IMG/VR virus record: IMGVR_UViG_3300030390_001226
Span: 1 to 62,744 of that record
From: a virus
Lineage: Duplodnaviria; Caudoviricetes
Reading direction: 5' to 3' (one strand)
DNA length: 62,744 nt
The notes beneath the pieces were generated by a model. It ran no database searches. It was not told where the DNA came from and saw only the letters and a list, made by a program, of their open reading frames with translations. Positions 1 to 9,236 of this stretch are shown one piece after another. Numbering within the stretch: position 1 is the stretch's first letter; every line of letters starts with the position of its first letter. The translations under genes were made by a program, and so were the position numbers.

Positions 1-113
1 CAAATGATAACTGTTATAATTGATACACCAAACGACCAAATCTTATTTTTTAAAGATGATGGAAGTGTAGAGTCAAAAACAGGAGCATCTTGGTCAGGTA
101 ACTTTAATAATAC
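1..113. repeat. Terminal direct repeat (circular assembly overlap), left copy
   Basis: 1-113 (caaatgataa...aactttaataatac) is identical to 62632-62744. Confidence 0.97.
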
Positions 114-264
114 AGAACCAATTACAATAGGAAATACATCAAGCGTTAGTGCAGGTCAATTCTTTAATGGCTTAGTGAGTGATGCTTTAGTTTACGACAA
201 ACTATTAACATCTGACGAAGTAGAAAACAATTATAAAGCAGGATTATCTGCCCATACAAATTAA
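1..264 (+). CDS. C-terminal part of the LamG/concanavalin-A-like tail fibre that starts at 61093
   Basis: In frame with ORF 61093-62631 across the overlap; LamG-like ending (ITIG...FNGLVSDALVYDKLLTSDEV). Confidence 0.85.
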   Translation, partial: QMITVIIDTPNDQILFFKDDGSVESKTGASWSGNFNNTEPITIGNTSSVSAGQFFNGLVSDALVYDKLLTSDEVENNYKAGLSAHTN

Positions 265-269
265 TTACT

Positions 270-629
270 ATGAGAGGAAATGTACACATGTGTCTAAATG
301 ACACAACTTTTAATCAATTAATTCCAAGTGAGTTATTGAGTACTTACGGAATACCTGAGTACGACGAAGAGGGTACTCAAAATGGTGTAACACATCCAAC
401 TTTTAAAGAGCTTGGAGAGTACAATCGTAGAAAATTTGGTCATAATCCTATGGTAGATATAGGTGATAATAAGTTTTATATTATTGAACTCGAAGCTAGT
501 TGGTTAAATGGTGAGTTGAGTTCTTTACTTATACTGGGAGAGGATTTAGCTTATCCACATAACTGTTTAATGACTCGCACAGAAGCTAGTCAATTTTTAC
601 AAGACAATCAAACTGATGATGGGATCTAA
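270..629 (+). CDS. Hypothetical protein, possibly tail-fibre associated
   Basis: 119-aa ORF directly after the fibre gene. Confidence 0.6.
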   Translation: MRGNVHMCLNDTTFNQLIPSELLSTYGIPEYDEEGTQNGVTHPTFKELGEYNRRKFGHNPMVDIGDNKFYIIELEASWLNGELSSLLILGEDLAYPHNCLMTRTEASQFLQDNQTDDGI

Positions 630-801
630 TTGTACTTGCACAGCTGTAAAGCGAAAAAAGAAAAGTAAGAAGGTTAAAACCATGAAGAAGGGAGGGTCTG
701 TAAAAGATTCTTGCTACCACAAGGTAAAGGCTAGTTATAAAGTCTTTCCTAGTGCTTACGCTTCTGGTGCTATAGCTAAGTGTAGAAAGAAAAGAGGGTA
801 A
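616..801 (+). CDS. Small Lys-rich protein (alternative start at 682, MKKGG)
   Basis: DSCYHKVK...PSAYASGAIAKCRK motif recalled from marine phage basic proteins. Confidence 0.6.
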   Translation: MMGSNCTCTAVKRKKKSKKVKTMKKGGSVKDSCYHKVKASYKVFPSAYASGAIAKCRKKRG

Positions 802-804
802 GGT

Positions 805-1338
805 ATGGCTGTTAGGAAAACGAAAGCAGGTTTAAACCTTAAACGTTGGTTTAAAGAAAACTGGAAAACACCTAAGGGTAAGAAAGATTACTCAAAAGGT
901 GAGAATACCTTTCGCCCTACCAAAAGGATTAGTAAAGATACTCCTTCTACTTGGAGTGAGGTTACCCCAGAAGAAAAAGCTAGAGCACAAAAAGAAAAGA
1001 ACGAAAAAGGAAGAGTATCTAGATATAAAAAAGTGAAAGCAGTAAAGAAAGCAAAAAAAGGAATGGGTATAAAGACTAGTATTAAGTCTGGTAACTTTAG
1101 ACCTACTAAATCTGGAGCTGGGATGACTTCTAAAGGCGTTAAGGCTTACAGACGTGCAAATCCTGGTAGTAAACTTAAAACTGCTGTAACTGGTAAAGTA
1201 AAGCCTGGTAGTAAGTCTGCTGGTAGAAGAAAGTCGTACTGTGCTAGATCTTTAGGTCAGTTAAAAGGAAGTAGTCAGAAGACTAAAAATGATCCTGACT
1301 CTAGGATTAGACAAGCAAGGAGAAGATGGAAATGTTAA
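805..1338 (+). CDS. Lys/Arg-rich two-module protein, putative internal virion/DNA-binding
   Basis: LKRWFKENW module and GMTSKGV...RRKSYCARS...RRRWKC module joined by VKAVKKAKKG. Confidence 0.7.
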   Translation: MAVRKTKAGLNLKRWFKENWKTPKGKKDYSKGENTFRPTKRISKDTPSTWSEVTPEEKARAQKEKNEKGRVSRYKKVKAVKKAKKGMGIKTSIKSGNFRPTKSGAGMTSKGVKAYRRANPGSKLKTAVTGKVKPGSKSAGRRKSYCARSLGQLKGSSQKTKNDPDSRIRQARRRWKC

Positions 1339-2405
1339 GAAAATTAATTTATGTAGGGTTGTTATTAACTGCTACTACAGTACAAGCACAATTAAATTTA
1401 TTTAGGTTTGCTACTTTTTACGCAAGTTATTCTACAACCACCCCTGCAGCAGAGCCTGTAGGATATAGAGTTCAAGGTATTTACGATCCTGGACATCAAG
1501 ATGATTACGTTAACGGTACTATAGTAGAGATGACTCAGTATAGCGAGCCTAACTTAAATATTACTGTTGGTATAAGAAAAATTGCTAGGTTCAACTACCA
1601 AGTAAAGCAAGGTTTGTTTTACGATGGGTCAGAGCATGAAATTAGTGATTACTCTACAGTGTCTAACGCTCCTGGACTGGAGTATTTGTTTCAGTATTCC
1701 TTCGTTAGAAACAGAGGTACTGAAGTAACTCAACAAGAGTATAAGCTAAGGTATATCTCTAATAACTTTACAGCAAAAGCTGCTTACGTTAATGATGGGT
1801 TAATAAACTTAAGGTATACACTAGGAGAAGCTAGATTACGTAAAAGTTTTGGGTCTTTCGATGTTACAGCAGGTGTAGCACATCGTTCTCATCCTGTTTA
1901 CGGTTACTCACCTATAGAAGAGTGGACTAGAACAAACGATAATGAAGATTGGAAAGATTTAGCAAATTCATATTACTACTTTAGCACATCTCAATCTGGA
2001 GAGTGGATACATATTGATGTTGATGCTGGTGAGTCAGAATGGATTTGTGCTGGCGATGATGAGTTTTATAAGTATTACTTTCCTACGGTACTTAACAGGT
2101 ATAATAAAGAACAACTCGACATAATAGGGTTGCAGCAAGAGGTGTCTGCAGTTATAGGATTAGATTATTATTACTATAACAAGAACTGCTGGTTACATAC
2201 CTGGGCTTCTGTATACCCTATACACAAAGGGTTGACTGATTATTCCTTTGTTAGGAATGGAGATCAATCAGAGTGGGATGCAGGATTAATATTCGGTGTA
2301 AATTTTAACAGACATTTTAGTATATTTGTAGAAGGCAGGCATTTAAAGTTTTGGGACAGACCTTCCTACCAGTTAAAGACTGGAATAAATTATTTAATAT
2401 TCTAA
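1326..2405 (+). CDS. Putative outer-membrane beta-barrel protein
   Basis: Signal peptide ending VQA-Q, amphipathic aromatic strands, C-terminal beta-signal-like KTGINYLIF. Confidence 0.6.
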   Translation: MEMLRKLIYVGLLLTATTVQAQLNLFRFATFYASYSTTTPAAEPVGYRVQGIYDPGHQDDYVNGTIVEMTQYSEPNLNITVGIRKIARFNYQVKQGLFYDGSEHEISDYSTVSNAPGLEYLFQYSFVRNRGTEVTQQEYKLRYISNNFTAKAAYVNDGLINLRYTLGEARLRKSFGSFDVTAGVAHRSHPVYGYSPIEEWTRTNDNEDWKDLANSYYYFSTSQSGEWIHIDVDAGESEWICAGDDEFYKYYFPTVLNRYNKEQLDIIGLQQEVSAVIGLDYYYYNKNCWLHTWASVYPIHKGLTDYSFVRNGDQSEWDAGLIFGVNFNRHFSIFVEGRHLKFWDRPSYQLKTGINYLIF

Positions 2406-2406
2406 C

Positions 2407-2685
2407 ATGGCGACACAGATTAGCGAAAATAGTGAAGTACAAGTAAGCTTAAAAACATTAGGTGGTATAATTGCTTTAATAGGAACATTGATAGGGATGT
2501 GGTTTACGCTACAAGCAGATATAGCAGAAGCTAAAAAACTTCCTTTGCCTACAGACCCAATAATAAGCAGAATAGAGTTTGACATGAAGGATAAGCTTAT
2601 CCGTCAAACTATTATGTCTACACAGGAAGATGTTACTGAGATTAAAGAAGATTTAAAGATGATTAAACAAAAGCTATATGAGTAG
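2407..2685 (+). CDS. Single-pass membrane protein with coiled coil
   Basis: TM helix TLGGIIALIGTLIGMWF followed by heptad pattern. Confidence 0.6.
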   Translation: MATQISENSEVQVSLKTLGGIIALIGTLIGMWFTLQADIAEAKKLPLPTDPIISRIEFDMKDKLIRQTIMSTQEDVTEIKEDLKMIKQKLYE

Positions 2686-3046
2686 GCTTTTACTTTTATT
2701 ACTACTTACTACAAATATTGTAGCTCAAGAGTTTATAACTTCTAGCTCATTTGACTCTAAGACAGCCAAGGGTACGGTGGTAATAGAGTTCTATGCAGAG
2801 TGGAACGATGGTAATAAAGTTAAGTTTTTACCTTCATTGAAAGATTGCAACGCATATAGAGTGGATATAGTAAAGCAATCCAAAATACAAAAAGAATTTA
2901 AAATTACTTCTGTTCCTACAGTTATAGTACTGAATAATGGTGTTGAAGAGTATAGATTTATATCTAACATTATGTTGCAACTAGATGGTAACAAAAAGAA
3001 AGTACAATCAGTCATAGATGACATAACCTTTGAAAAGTTTCAATAA
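2678..3046 (+). CDS. Exported thioredoxin-fold protein lacking CxxC
   Basis: Signal peptide; VVIEFYAEW, ITSVPTVIVLNNG (cis-Pro loop); WNDGN replaces WCxxC. Confidence 0.75.
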   Translation: MSRLLLLLLLTTNIVAQEFITSSSFDSKTAKGTVVIEFYAEWNDGNKVKFLPSLKDCNAYRVDIVKQSKIQKEFKITSVPTVIVLNNGVEEYRFISNIMLQLDGNKKKVQSVIDDITFEKFQ

Positions 3047-3636
3047 TGAACAAATTAAATTTAAAAAGATTTCAGAACTCAACTGTAGCTATATCTTTTT
3101 TTTGGGTTGCAATGATATTCCTATACATAATAGGTTTTGTATTTTTATCTTTTAACGCTAAAGCTCAAGGATATAAAAGGGTTATAGTGACAGAGTCTAG
3201 CTTAATGGATGGCATGTATTGGTCTATAGGTAACTGTGATTTAGATACCACTTTGTTTAGTGGTAATAATGCAGTTGATGAAATCGTTTATATGCCGAAG
3301 AATTATAAAGTATTAATGAGAGACTTTGATGGTAACGCTTGGGGTGGTTCTGTTATGATTATAGTTAATTACCCTGAACTAGATAGTGCACTTACTTTAG
3401 ATTACTATAACGCAACACAAAACTTAATAGTTCATGATTGCGGTTGTAATGACTCTACTTATTTTGATCAAAACCTACATCCTTATGACTTATCAGTAAG
3501 AGAGATAAGCAATATACTATTTAAGCCTACTATATATTATGATATGCTAGGTAGGGTGGTAACACCAACTAAAGGTATGTATATAGCAAGTGATGGAATA
3601 CTAAGAAAGAAGATATATATAGATGAGATTAAGTAA
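3046..3636 (+). CDS. Exported protein with T9SS type-A-like C-terminal sorting domain
   Basis: Hydrophobic N-terminus ending AKA-Q; C-terminal YYDMLGRVV...GMYI...KKIYI. Confidence 0.6.
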   Translation: MNKLNLKRFQNSTVAISFFWVAMIFLYIIGFVFLSFNAKAQGYKRVIVTESSLMDGMYWSIGNCDLDTTLFSGNNAVDEIVYMPKNYKVLMRDFDGNAWGGSVMIIVNYPELDSALTLDYYNATQNLIVHDCGCNDSTYFDQNLHPYDLSVREISNILFKPTIYYDMLGRVVTPTKGMYIASDGILRKKIYIDEIK

Positions 3637-4078
3637 AAACTTTGCGTTGTCTGAGATAACCCACAGCAACACAGCTAAAAGATTAGGTATAGACAATGAG
3701 CCGACTGAAACGCACCTACAGAATATGCAGCATCTTGTGGATGATATTTTACAGCCTCTTCGTGACGGTGTTGGTCCTATCAGGATCAGTAGTGGTTATC
3801 GCAACCCGTCACTCAATCGTGCTATTGGTGGCAGCCGTTCTTCGCAGCACTGCAAAGGTCAGGCATTGGACATCCAGTTTTGGGAGATGGGGCAGATGAA
3901 CAACAAAGTTATCTATGATTTTATTCTAGATTCGAATATGGAATTTGATCAAATGATAAATGAGTTTGACTTTGCTTGGATACATATATCTTTAAAAGAT
4001 AAAGGTAATAGAAAACAAGTACTCGAAGCCTACAAAGATGAGGATGGAGATACTAAATACAAATACGCAAATGTTTAA
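3623..4078 (+). CDS. Endolysin, peptidase M15 family
   Basis: LSKNFALSE, ISSGYR, SQHCKGQALD, WIHIS Zn-peptidase motifs. Confidence 0.9.
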   Translation: MRLSKNFALSEITHSNTAKRLGIDNEPTETHLQNMQHLVDDILQPLRDGVGPIRISSGYRNPSLNRAIGGSRSSQHCKGQALDIQFWEMGQMNNKVIYDFILDSNMEFDQMINEFDFAWIHISLKDKGNRKQVLEAYKDEDGDTKYKYANV

Positions 4079-4460
4079 AAATATACTTAAAAGTTTAGTA
4101 GGACAAGCCTCTAGTATAATAGACGAGGTTGTTACTACAGACGAAGAACGATTAGTCCTTAAGAATAAATTAGAGCAGTTAGGTAAGGAACATGAGCAGG
4201 AAGTATTCAAACTAGAAGTTGAGGATAGAAAAAGTGCTAGAACAATGTTTACTGATGATAGCGTTATACAAAAGTTGTTAGCTATTATTTTCACTTGCGC
4301 TTATTTTTTTATATCTTATTTTATGTTTAAATATTTTATAACTAACACACTAGATCTTTCTGACTACGAGATAGGATTTATCTCAACAGTCTTTGGAGCT
4401 ATGTCAAGTAAAGTGAACACAATAATTGACTTCTTCTTTGGAGGGTCTTCTAAAAAATAA
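4071..4460 (+). CDS. Holin-like membrane protein
   Basis: VVTTDEER, DRKSAR, two TM helices, FFFGGS ending; next to the endolysin. Confidence 0.7.
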   Translation: MFKNILKSLVGQASSIIDEVVTTDEERLVLKNKLEQLGKEHEQEVFKLEVEDRKSARTMFTDDSVIQKLLAIIFTCAYFFISYFMFKYFITNTLDLSDYEIGFISTVFGAMSSKVNTIIDFFFGGSSKK

Positions 4461-4464
4461 AAAA

Positions 4465-6012
4465 ATGTCTACACTTAAAGGTAAATCATTATCTTCAACA
4501 TATCAGAACTTATTAAAAACAGCTTCTGAAATAAAAAACACTAGTTTAAAGGATGTAGAGACTGGTTCTGGTAATGCTACAGCAATGAAGTTATCTACTG
4601 ATAAGGCTGAGTTTACAAAAGTTGGTATTGGTACTGCAGGATCCACTCCTGACGGTTTACTTCACGTTGTTGGAGTTAGTGCAGGTTCTGTTACGTCAAG
4701 CCTTTCAGCTAACCAACTAACTTTAGAGAACTCAAGCGACTCTGGTTTAACAATACTTTCTGGGGCTTCTTCATCTGGTAATATATTTTTTGGAGATGTT
4801 AATAGCAACTCTTCAGGTCAAATATTTTACGACCATAGTAGTGATTACTTAGGTATATCTACAGGTGGTTCTGAAAAGTTTAGAATTGATAGTAATGGTA
4901 ACTTAAATGTTTCTGGTACTATATCTCAGTCTGATGATCGATTTGAACTTAAAGAAAGTTTTGAAAAAGTTCCAAGCTTACAAACTGCTGTTGTAGATCA
5001 AGATACTAATGCAACTACTGCTGTAACACTAGATGCTAAGTATGGTATTATAACTATGCAGTCTCATGATTTAGCTGCTACAGATACGGTAGAATTTACA
5101 TTTAATAATAATCACATATTTGGATTATCATCTCAAGTTCATGTTCAACTTCATGGATGGGTAACTGACGATGATAATGCTATGGTTAATGTATTGGTTT
5201 ATGATGTAGCAGATGGTAGTTGCAAGATAAGACTAGGTACTAACGGTACTAATGTTACTGCACAAGTGTTTAAGTTGTCTTTTATTGTAGACCCATACAT
5301 CACCCCTAATCAAAACTTTGTTTTAAGTGGTGTTAATTCAGGAGGTTCTCAAGTATCTGGAAACACTGGTAGGAGTTTTACTTTTGCTGGTATTAAATTA
5401 ATTACTGGAACTACTAATGATGATAGGTCAGTAATAAGTCCTAGAAGAGGAAATACAGAGCTTAATGCAGGTATTAATTCTTCAGCTTTTGCTTCAGTAT
5501 TGTTTGGTACTGAAAATAAAACAGAGTATTCTGCAGCAATATCAACTTCTGGTAGTATAGCTGATTCTTCTTTTTGGTCTGGATTAAAGCTTACTGAAAC
5601 AGGTGTATACGCTACAGATGCTAATCAAGCTTATTTTTTATACTCTGCAGCTGATGATCAAGGAGCGTTAACTACAAATGGTAATTTACATTTTGTTTAC
5701 AGTATAGCTAACGTAGATTACGTTACTAACCTTGGTATAGTTGTAGAAGAAAATACAGTTTACAGAATTAAAATAGTATTTGACGAAAATAGACAAATAT
5801 CTATATCGGTTAACAATATAAAGTACGGTTTAACAACTACACCTACCAGCACAACTGCAGGTGGGTTAACTCAGTCTGTAGCTACAACTAAATCTTTAGC
5901 TATGACAAACGATATAGACCTACTTCCCTTTACAGGTATTCAAACACTTACAACGTCAAGTAGGGGAATGCAGATTGGATATATTAAATTATCAAGAGAT
6001 TTATACGAGTAA
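4465..6012 (+). CDS. Tail fibre/spike-like virion protein
   Basis: Gly/Ser/Thr-rich; VGIGT...LLHV and EKFRIDSNGN fibre repeats. Confidence 0.65.
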   Translation: MSTLKGKSLSSTYQNLLKTASEIKNTSLKDVETGSGNATAMKLSTDKAEFTKVGIGTAGSTPDGLLHVVGVSAGSVTSSLSANQLTLENSSDSGLTILSGASSSGNIFFGDVNSNSSGQIFYDHSSDYLGISTGGSEKFRIDSNGNLNVSGTISQSDDRFELKESFEKVPSLQTAVVDQDTNATTAVTLDAKYGIITMQSHDLAATDTVEFTFNNNHIFGLSSQVHVQLHGWVTDDDNAMVNVLVYDVADGSCKIRLGTNGTNVTAQVFKLSFIVDPYITPNQNFVLSGVNSGGSQVSGNTGRSFTFAGIKLITGTTNDDRSVISPRRGNTELNAGINSSAFASVLFGTENKTEYSAAISTSGSIADSSFWSGLKLTETGVYATDANQAYFLYSAADDQGALTTNGNLHFVYSIANVDYVTNLGIVVEENTVYRIKIVFDENRQISISVNNIKYGLTTTPTSTTAGGLTQSVATTKSLAMTNDIDLLPFTGIQTLTTSSRGMQIGYIKLSRDLYE

Positions 6013-6030
6013 AAACTAAATTAAATTAAA

Positions 6031-6306
6031 ATGGATTCAATTAACCCTATTATTAGAAAGATTACAATAGGGGACTTAAAGCAAGGATTGACTTACCAGG
6101 TAGGTCAAAGAATGTTAGGAGGTTCCTTAAAAATTACAGCCATCATACAAGACGAGGCAGCTTGGTATAAGCACCAACAAGTAGTGTATGATGTGTACAT
6201 AAAAAAAGAAGAAGAGGAATTTTCTAGACCTTGGAAAAGGTTTTTCTCTCAGCCAACAGCTATAGAATACAACACAGATGTCCTAGATGACTACGAAGTA
6301 AAGTAA
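6031..6306 (+). CDS. Hypothetical protein
   Basis: 91-aa ORF with A-rich leader (IIRKITIG...YQVGQ). Confidence 0.7.
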   Translation: MDSINPIIRKITIGDLKQGLTYQVGQRMLGGSLKITAIIQDEAAWYKHQQVVYDVYIKKEEEEFSRPWKRFFSQPTAIEYNTDVLDDYEVK

Positions 6307-6322
6307 AATTAAAAAACAAAAG

Positions 6323-6892
6323 ATGAAGCCAATTAAAGATCTCTACTGGATAGAAGTAGAAAAAGAAACAGAAGACACTATAATGCTTAATGGAGAAGAA
6401 TTGTATAGAGATACCTCTTACGATCCTATGAAGTTAGCTAGGCAGTATGGTACTATATATAAAACACCAATACAGGATACTAAAGATGTGGGTATACAGG
6501 AAGGGGATAAAGTTTGGTTTCACCACTTTATTGCAACACCAGTAAACCATGTTAAGCACGCAGACAGGGAAAATATATACCAAGCTTTCGCAGAGCAGAT
6601 ATACCTTATTAAAAGAGGTGAGGAGTATATACCAATAGGTGTCTGGAACTTTATGGAGCAAGAGATGCTTGACCCAAAAGAAACAAGTTCAGGTATTATT
6701 GTAGAGTCTCAAAGCAAAGAGAACGAGCTTCATGGTAAGGCAGTCTTTATAAATGACTGGATGAAGGATCAAGGAGTTGAAGAAGGAGATAGAGTGATGT
6801 GGAGCGAGAACTCTGAGTACGATATGGATATAGATGGTGTTAAGCTTCTTAGGATGCGTAATTTTGATGTATTAGCTGTATATGGAGACTAG
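6323..6892 (+). CDS. Co-chaperonin GroES-like protein with two tandem GroES-type domains
   Basis: MKPIKD...GIQEGDKVWF and TSSGII...GVEEGDRV...IDGVKLLRM motifs. Confidence 0.75.
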   Translation: MKPIKDLYWIEVEKETEDTIMLNGEELYRDTSYDPMKLARQYGTIYKTPIQDTKDVGIQEGDKVWFHHFIATPVNHVKHADRENIYQAFAEQIYLIKRGEEYIPIGVWNFMEQEMLDPKETSSGIIVESQSKENELHGKAVFINDWMKDQGVEEGDRVMWSENSEYDMDIDGVKLLRMRNFDVLAVYGD

Positions 6893-7169
6893 CGGTAAGA
6901 ATTATGCTTTAGACACCTTAGAGAGGCTTATAGAGGCTAGTAAGGGAGCTATAGATCTTTTAATAGAGGAGATTAGTAAACCATTACTAGAGGAAGATGA
7001 CGCAAAAAGAAGGCAAGCTATAAAAGCAAAGAGAGAATGTTTTGAAGATTGTCAAGAAATACTACTAGGTATTAAAAATCTAGAAGATAGAATTAAGGAC
7101 GGTTCTTCATTAATAGAAGATAAGAAAGATTTTAAAGGTTCTTTTGCAGAGAAGTATGCAAGAAAATAA
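6882..7169 (+). CDS. Possible terminase small subunit
   Basis: Helical 95-aa ORF overlapping the large terminase start; positional inference. Confidence 0.45.
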   Translation: METSGKNYALDTLERLIEASKGAIDLLIEEISKPLLEEDDAKRRQAIKAKRECFEDCQEILLGIKNLEDRIKDGSSLIEDKKDFKGSFAEKYARK

Positions 7170-9234
7170 CACGATATATTTAAGCGAAGAAAGTCATGGC
7201 GAGGTAATGAAGTTTGACAATTTAAAAATTGTCTTACCTAAAAAGCCCAGGTATAAGAAAGATATACTTTACCATAACTTACCCAAAGCAAAGCAGAAGT
7301 GGACTAGAATACCTCCACCAAAAGCTTTAACAAGGGCGAATGCTTCTGACTTTGTAGATTACATAGAGGAAGAGTTTAGACGTAGAATGGAAGGGTTATG
7401 GTTTTATAACAACGGAGTTCCTACGTATATCACTGGGTCACATTATATGTTCATCCAGTGGAGTAAGATTGATGTAGGGTATCCTGATTACAGAGATGCT
7501 AACAGAACGTTCTTTATTTTTTGGGAAGCGTGTAAATTAGATAAAAACTCTTATGGGATGTGTTTCCTTAAGAATAGACGTTCTGGTTTTTCATACATGG
7601 CTAGTAGTGAGACAGTTAATTTATCTACTATGACTTACGAAAGTAGGTTTGGTATATTATCAAAAACTGGGGCAGATGCTAAGACTATGTTTACTGATAA
7701 GGTGGTTCGTATATATCGTAACTACCCTTTCTTTTTTCAACCTATACAAGATGGTTCTAGTAATCCTCGTGTAGAGCTTGCGTTTAGAGAGCCTGCTAAA
7801 AAGATAACAAAGAATCAGAAGCACATAGAGGACTCTGAAGCTTTAAATTCTAGTATTGACTGGAAGAACACTGGTGATAACAGTTACGATGGGGAGAAGT
7901 TAAAACTTCTTGTTCATGACGAGGCTGCTAAGTGGATTGGTCAAAACTCTATAAAGAAGAACTGGGGTGTTACTCAGACTTGTTTATTGTTAGGTAGAAA
8001 AATTGTAGGTAAGTGTATGATGGGGTCTACTGCTAACAAGTTGCAGGATGGTGGCTCAGAGTATAAGGATATATTCTACGACTCTAACTCTGGAGACAAA
8101 GATTTAAACGGTAGAACTAAAAGCGGTTTATATCAGTTATTCATACCAGCTCAGGATAACCTTGAAGGTTTTATAGATGAGTATGGTTATAGTATAGTTG
8201 AAACTCCCGACAAGCCAGTAATGGGTGTTGACGAGATGATGATTGATGTAGGTGCTAAGGATTATATACAGAATAGAAGAGACGCATTAAAGAATGACAC
8301 TGTAGCTTTATCGGAATTTAAGAGACAATTTCCGTTTACTATAGAAGAAGCCTTTAGAAATGACACTCAAAGTTGTATCTTTGACGTTGAAAGAATCTAT
8401 CAACAAATGGATTACAACGAGGTTAATAGTATTACAACTACAAGAGGAGAGTTTATATGGAAAGGTGGAGTAAGAGATGCTGAAGTTATTTGGGTTCCTC
8501 ACGCAAAAGGAAAGTGGGATATTAGTTGGGTTCCAGAGACTCAAGATCAGAACGTTATTGGGAGTAGATTCAATAAGAAGTTCCCAGGAAGATCGGATAG
8601 CTTGGTGGCAGGCTGTGACCCTTATGATCATGACACCACTACTGATGGTAGGAGATCTGATGCTGCTGCTCATGTTTTTCACAAATTTAGTATGTCAAGC
8701 GATGCGTCTATGCAGTTTGTGTGCGAGTATATTAATAGACCTCCTAAGTCGGAGATTTTTTACGAGGACATGATTAAAATGTGTGTATTCTATGGTTGTC
8801 AAATATTAGTTGAGAATAACAAGGTAGGTATATTAAAGTACTTTGAGAACAGAGGTTACTACGAGTACTTAATGGATAGACCAGAAATGACTCATACTGA
8901 GTGGAGTAGAGGAAAGCAAAAGACAAAGGGTATACCTGGATCTGGAGCTGCTGTAATAAATGCGCAAGCAGAAGCTATAGCTACTTATATATATGACCAC
9001 GTGGGTATGAATACTGCAACAGGAGAAATGGGTAGGTGTTATTTTAACGTCTTACTTGATGACTGGAGTAGATTCGAGATAGATAATAGAACAAAATACG
9101 ATGCTAGTATTTCTTCATCATTAGCTTTACTAGCTTCTCAGAAATATATTAAACCAAAAAAGGAATTAAAAGTTTCATCTCCCTTAGTGAAGAGATACAC
9201 TAATAAAGGGATGTCTAGTAAAAAAATAAGATAG
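7156..9234 (+). CDS. terL: Terminase large subunit
   Basis: Walker A KNRRSGFS, Walker B LLVHDE, GST coupling motif, RNase-H-like GCDPYD. Confidence 0.92.
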   Translation: MQENNTIYLSEESHGEVMKFDNLKIVLPKKPRYKKDILYHNLPKAKQKWTRIPPPKALTRANASDFVDYIEEEFRRRMEGLWFYNNGVPTYITGSHYMFIQWSKIDVGYPDYRDANRTFFIFWEACKLDKNSYGMCFLKNRRSGFSYMASSETVNLSTMTYESRFGILSKTGADAKTMFTDKVVRIYRNYPFFFQPIQDGSSNPRVELAFREPAKKITKNQKHIEDSEALNSSIDWKNTGDNSYDGEKLKLLVHDEAAKWIGQNSIKKNWGVTQTCLLLGRKIVGKCMMGSTANKLQDGGSEYKDIFYDSNSGDKDLNGRTKSGLYQLFIPAQDNLEGFIDEYGYSIVETPDKPVMGVDEMMIDVGAKDYIQNRRDALKNDTVALSEFKRQFPFTIEEAFRNDTQSCIFDVERIYQQMDYNEVNSITTTRGEFIWKGGVRDAEVIWVPHAKGKWDISWVPETQDQNVIGSRFNKKFPGRSDSLVAGCDPYDHDTTTDGRRSDAAAHVFHKFSMSSDASMQFVCEYINRPPKSEIFYEDMIKMCVFYGCQILVENNKVGILKYFENRGYYEYLMDRPEMTHTEWSRGKQKTKGIPGSGAAVINAQAEAIATYIYDHVGMNTATGEMGRCYFNVLLDDWSRFEIDNRTKYDASISSSLALLASQKYIKPKKELKVSSPLVKRYTNKGMSSKKIR

Positions 9235-9236
9235 CT

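Noticed and set aside
1-113. Biological terminal repeat
   Set aside because: It lies inside a coding sequence that reads through the junction, so an assembler overlap is more likely
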